Shown here piece by piece: positions 61,913-64,000 of a stretch of DNA of 64,000 bases. The notes beneath the pieces were generated by a model, which was given only the letters and a program-made list of their open reading frames with translations, ran no database searches and was not told where the DNA came from. The DNA comes from Dictyostelium discoideum. Taxonomy: Eukaryota. How positions within the stretch are numbered: position 1 is the stretch's first letter; each line of letters starts with the position of its first letter. The translations under genes and the position numbers were made by a program. The stretch is from the NCBI GenBank assembly GCA_000004695.1, contig CM000150.2, forward strand, positions 2,208,001 through 2,272,000, written 5' to 3'.

Positions 61913-62571
61913 TTTTAAAAAATTGAAAGAAAAAAAAAAAAAAAAAAAAAAATAGCAATAATACCGATAAATTTATATATTTAAATGTAAATAAGTAAAA
62001 ATATTATATCTTTTTTTATAATATTATTAAATTAAAAAAAATAAAAAAAATTTAAAAAAAAATAAAAAAATAAAAATTAAAATTTAAAAAGTTTAGGTTT
62101 ATTTTTGTAATAAATATATAATCAATAAATAGAATATATTCTTAATTCTTGATTATTAAAAAAAAGTATATTATTTTTTTTATTTTTTTATTAATAATTA
62201 ATGGTATCAATCAAAATAACTGGAAAAAAGTGATAAACTAATTTAATTTTTCAAATGAAAAAGATGGAACTTTTTTTTTTTTTTTTTTTTTTTTTTATGG
62301 CTATTAATACATACGTAAGGTTTATAAATATTGAATGCAAAATAAATAAATAAATAAATATATATATATATATATAAATTAATTCCTCTATCCAATAATC
62401 TTTTTTAAATTATCTTATTAAATATACATTATCCAAAAAAATCAACATGATCCAATTTTGAAGAAAGAATAGTTAAAAATATTACTATTCATTTTTTTTA
62501 AATCTCCCCTCCTTAATTTCTAATAAAGCTTGATTTATTGTATTTTTTTTTTTTTAAAAATTAAAAAAAAA

Positions 62572-62907
<336 letters not shown>

Positions 62908-63072
62908 GAATGATTATTTAATAAAATGTAAAATGAAAAAAAAAAAGAAAAAATAAAGAAAAAAAGGTGGAAAAAAAGAATAATGAGAATTGATTTTTTT
63001 TTTTTTTTTTTTGAAAATGTTAAATAAATATACAAAACAAAATGATTTAAGCCATCAATACCTAGAAAAAGC

Positions 63073-64000
63073 TTATAATTTTCTTAATTCTTTGTTTCTA
63101 GCAAAGAAAGAAGTTATTACAATTAGACCACCACAAACAGTAAATCCAACACCGGCAATCCAAAAGAAACCATCATTAATATCACCATTTGCAGCGGATT
63201 TATCCATACCAGTACCAAGTCCATAACTTAATAAAGAAATGATAATAGCATACATAGCAAATAAGAAACCCAAGACAGAGGCTAATGGTGTACCTGATGG
63301 AGCATCATCTTCGTCACTAATATCATTCTCAACCTCAACTGATTGAGATGATGATGACTCTTGTTGTTGTTGTTGATTATTATTGGTAGATTGTTCACCT
63401 AATTCTTTAGCAAGATCATCAACAGATTCTTCTGGAGTCATTGGTTTAATAGTTAAATTAGTTGTACTAGTATTTATATCGGAAATATCTGATTTTTCAC
63501 TATCAGTATCTGAATTTTCTTGATGAACATTATCACTATCATGATTGTCATGAGAATTTAATGGGAATTTTGATTGGATGAATGAAAGGAGTGAAATATC
63601 ACCAGCAGCCCAGAAAGCGGAAACTAAAGTCCAAATTGGAATCATTGAACAAGCAATAGCGGTTGGAGAACTTAATTTTGGTGGGTAAACCAATACCCAA
63701 ACTAAAGAGCAGAAAAGACCATCAATTCTAACCCACCATAATGGATTCTTTAATCTATTACCAAATTTGACAACCAAAATTGAACCAACAGCTTCACCGA
63801 AATTAGAACCACCAGTAAGGATACCACTTAAAGAGCCTTGGTGTAAAACCTTTTTAGCAAAAGTTGGGAATAATAAATTCTCTAATAATCTATGTAAAAC
63901 TTGTGGTAATACATAGGTTGTAATAATCCACCAATATTTAACACTAAGAATATGACGAGCACCAACTAATAATGAATAAAAGTAATGGTAGATTCCAGAG
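63073..64000 (-). CDS. C-terminal part of a polytopic membrane transporter (BT1 / MFS-like); the N-terminus lies beyond the window end
   Basis: The minus-strand frame is open from the window edge to the stop at 63073. The track's 'M' at 63777 is an internal TTG. Hydrophobic helices (ILTGGSNFGEAVGSILVV, WWVRIDGLFCSLVWVLVY, IPIWTLVSAFWAAG, ASVLGFLFAMYAIIISLLSYGLG, FFWIAGVGFTVCGGLIVI) are separated by an acidic Ser/Asp/Asn/Gln-rich cytoplasmic loop. The family call is tentative. Confidence 0.55.
   Translation of the reverse strand, partial: SGIYHYFYSLLVGARHILSVKYWWIITTYVLPQVLHRLLENLLFPTFAKKVLHQGSLSGILTGGSNFGEAVGSILVVKFGNRLKNPLWWVRIDGLFCSLVWVLVYPPKLSSPTAIACSMIPIWTLVSAFWAAGDISLLSFIQSKFPLNSHDNHDSDNVHQENSDTDSEKSDISDINTSTTNLTIKPMTPEESVDDLAKELGEQSTNNNQQQQQESSSSQSVEVENDISDEDDAPSGTPLASVLGFLFAMYAIIISLLSYGLGTGMDKSAANGDINDGFFWIAGVGFTVCGGLIVITSFFARNKELRKL

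Overview
The window is strongly AT-rich eukaryotic nuclear DNA of the Dictyostelium (social amoeba) type. It has long A/T homopolymer runs, trinucleotide arrays encoding poly-Asn and poly-Gln, and short AT-rich introns with GTAAGT/GTATGT...AG boundaries. I saw no prokaryotic features (no CRISPR, no operons).

The ORF track evidently accepts TTG/GTG as start codons, so several of its 'M' starts are internal exon positions rather than true ATGs. I rebuilt the gene models by hand from splice signals and codon-phase bookkeeping.

Gene content, left to right:
- 1..5336 (-): a large secreted low-complexity protein with a signal-peptide mini-exon; its 3' end lies beyond the window.
- 5969..7930 (-): a 4-exon uridine-cytidine kinase / uracil phosphoribosyltransferase (UCK/UPRT) fusion gene.
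- 8150..8921 (+): atg10 (autophagy E2-like enzyme).
- 9041..10013 (-): spermidine synthase.
- 10538..10843 (+): a small 2-TM membrane protein.
- 11371..12365 (+): pyridoxal kinase.
- 13088..16754 (+): a tandem pair of secreted Pmp-repeat / beta-helix proteins.
- 17.2-44.6 kb (+): the dominant feature. A head-to-tail triplication of a ~9-9.7 kb unit, each copy encoding an intact 5-exon giant sacsin-like protein (~2660-2673 aa) with two GHKL/Bergerat-fold ATPase (sacsin-repeat-region) modules. The three copies show concerted conservation punctuated by short hypervariable coding patches. One patch in copy 3 carries a 16-bp perfect inverted repeat. All three copies have a conserved upstream non-coding module that includes a 14-bp palindrome, CTTAAAATTTTAAG.
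- 44863..46749 (-): a GT13 GlcNAc-transferase I-like glycosyltransferase.
- 48023..49759 (+): an ERG5/CYP61-like sterol C22-desaturase P450.
- 50756..55586 (+): two tandem S8 subtilases, each with a Cys-rich C-terminal module.
- 56502..57089 (-): a secreted Cys/Met-motif protein.
- 57532..57603 (-): tRNA-Asp(GUC), with a downstream external B-box copy at 57491..57503.
- 58964..61912 (+): a Kelch-repeat / coiled-coil / RING E3-ligase-like gene.
- 63073..64000 (-): the C-terminal part of a BT1/MFS-type transporter.

No transposable element is recognisable. There are several microsatellite and minisatellite blocks, and a few non-AT-rich intergenic islands and palindromes that are candidates for small RNAs or regulatory sites.
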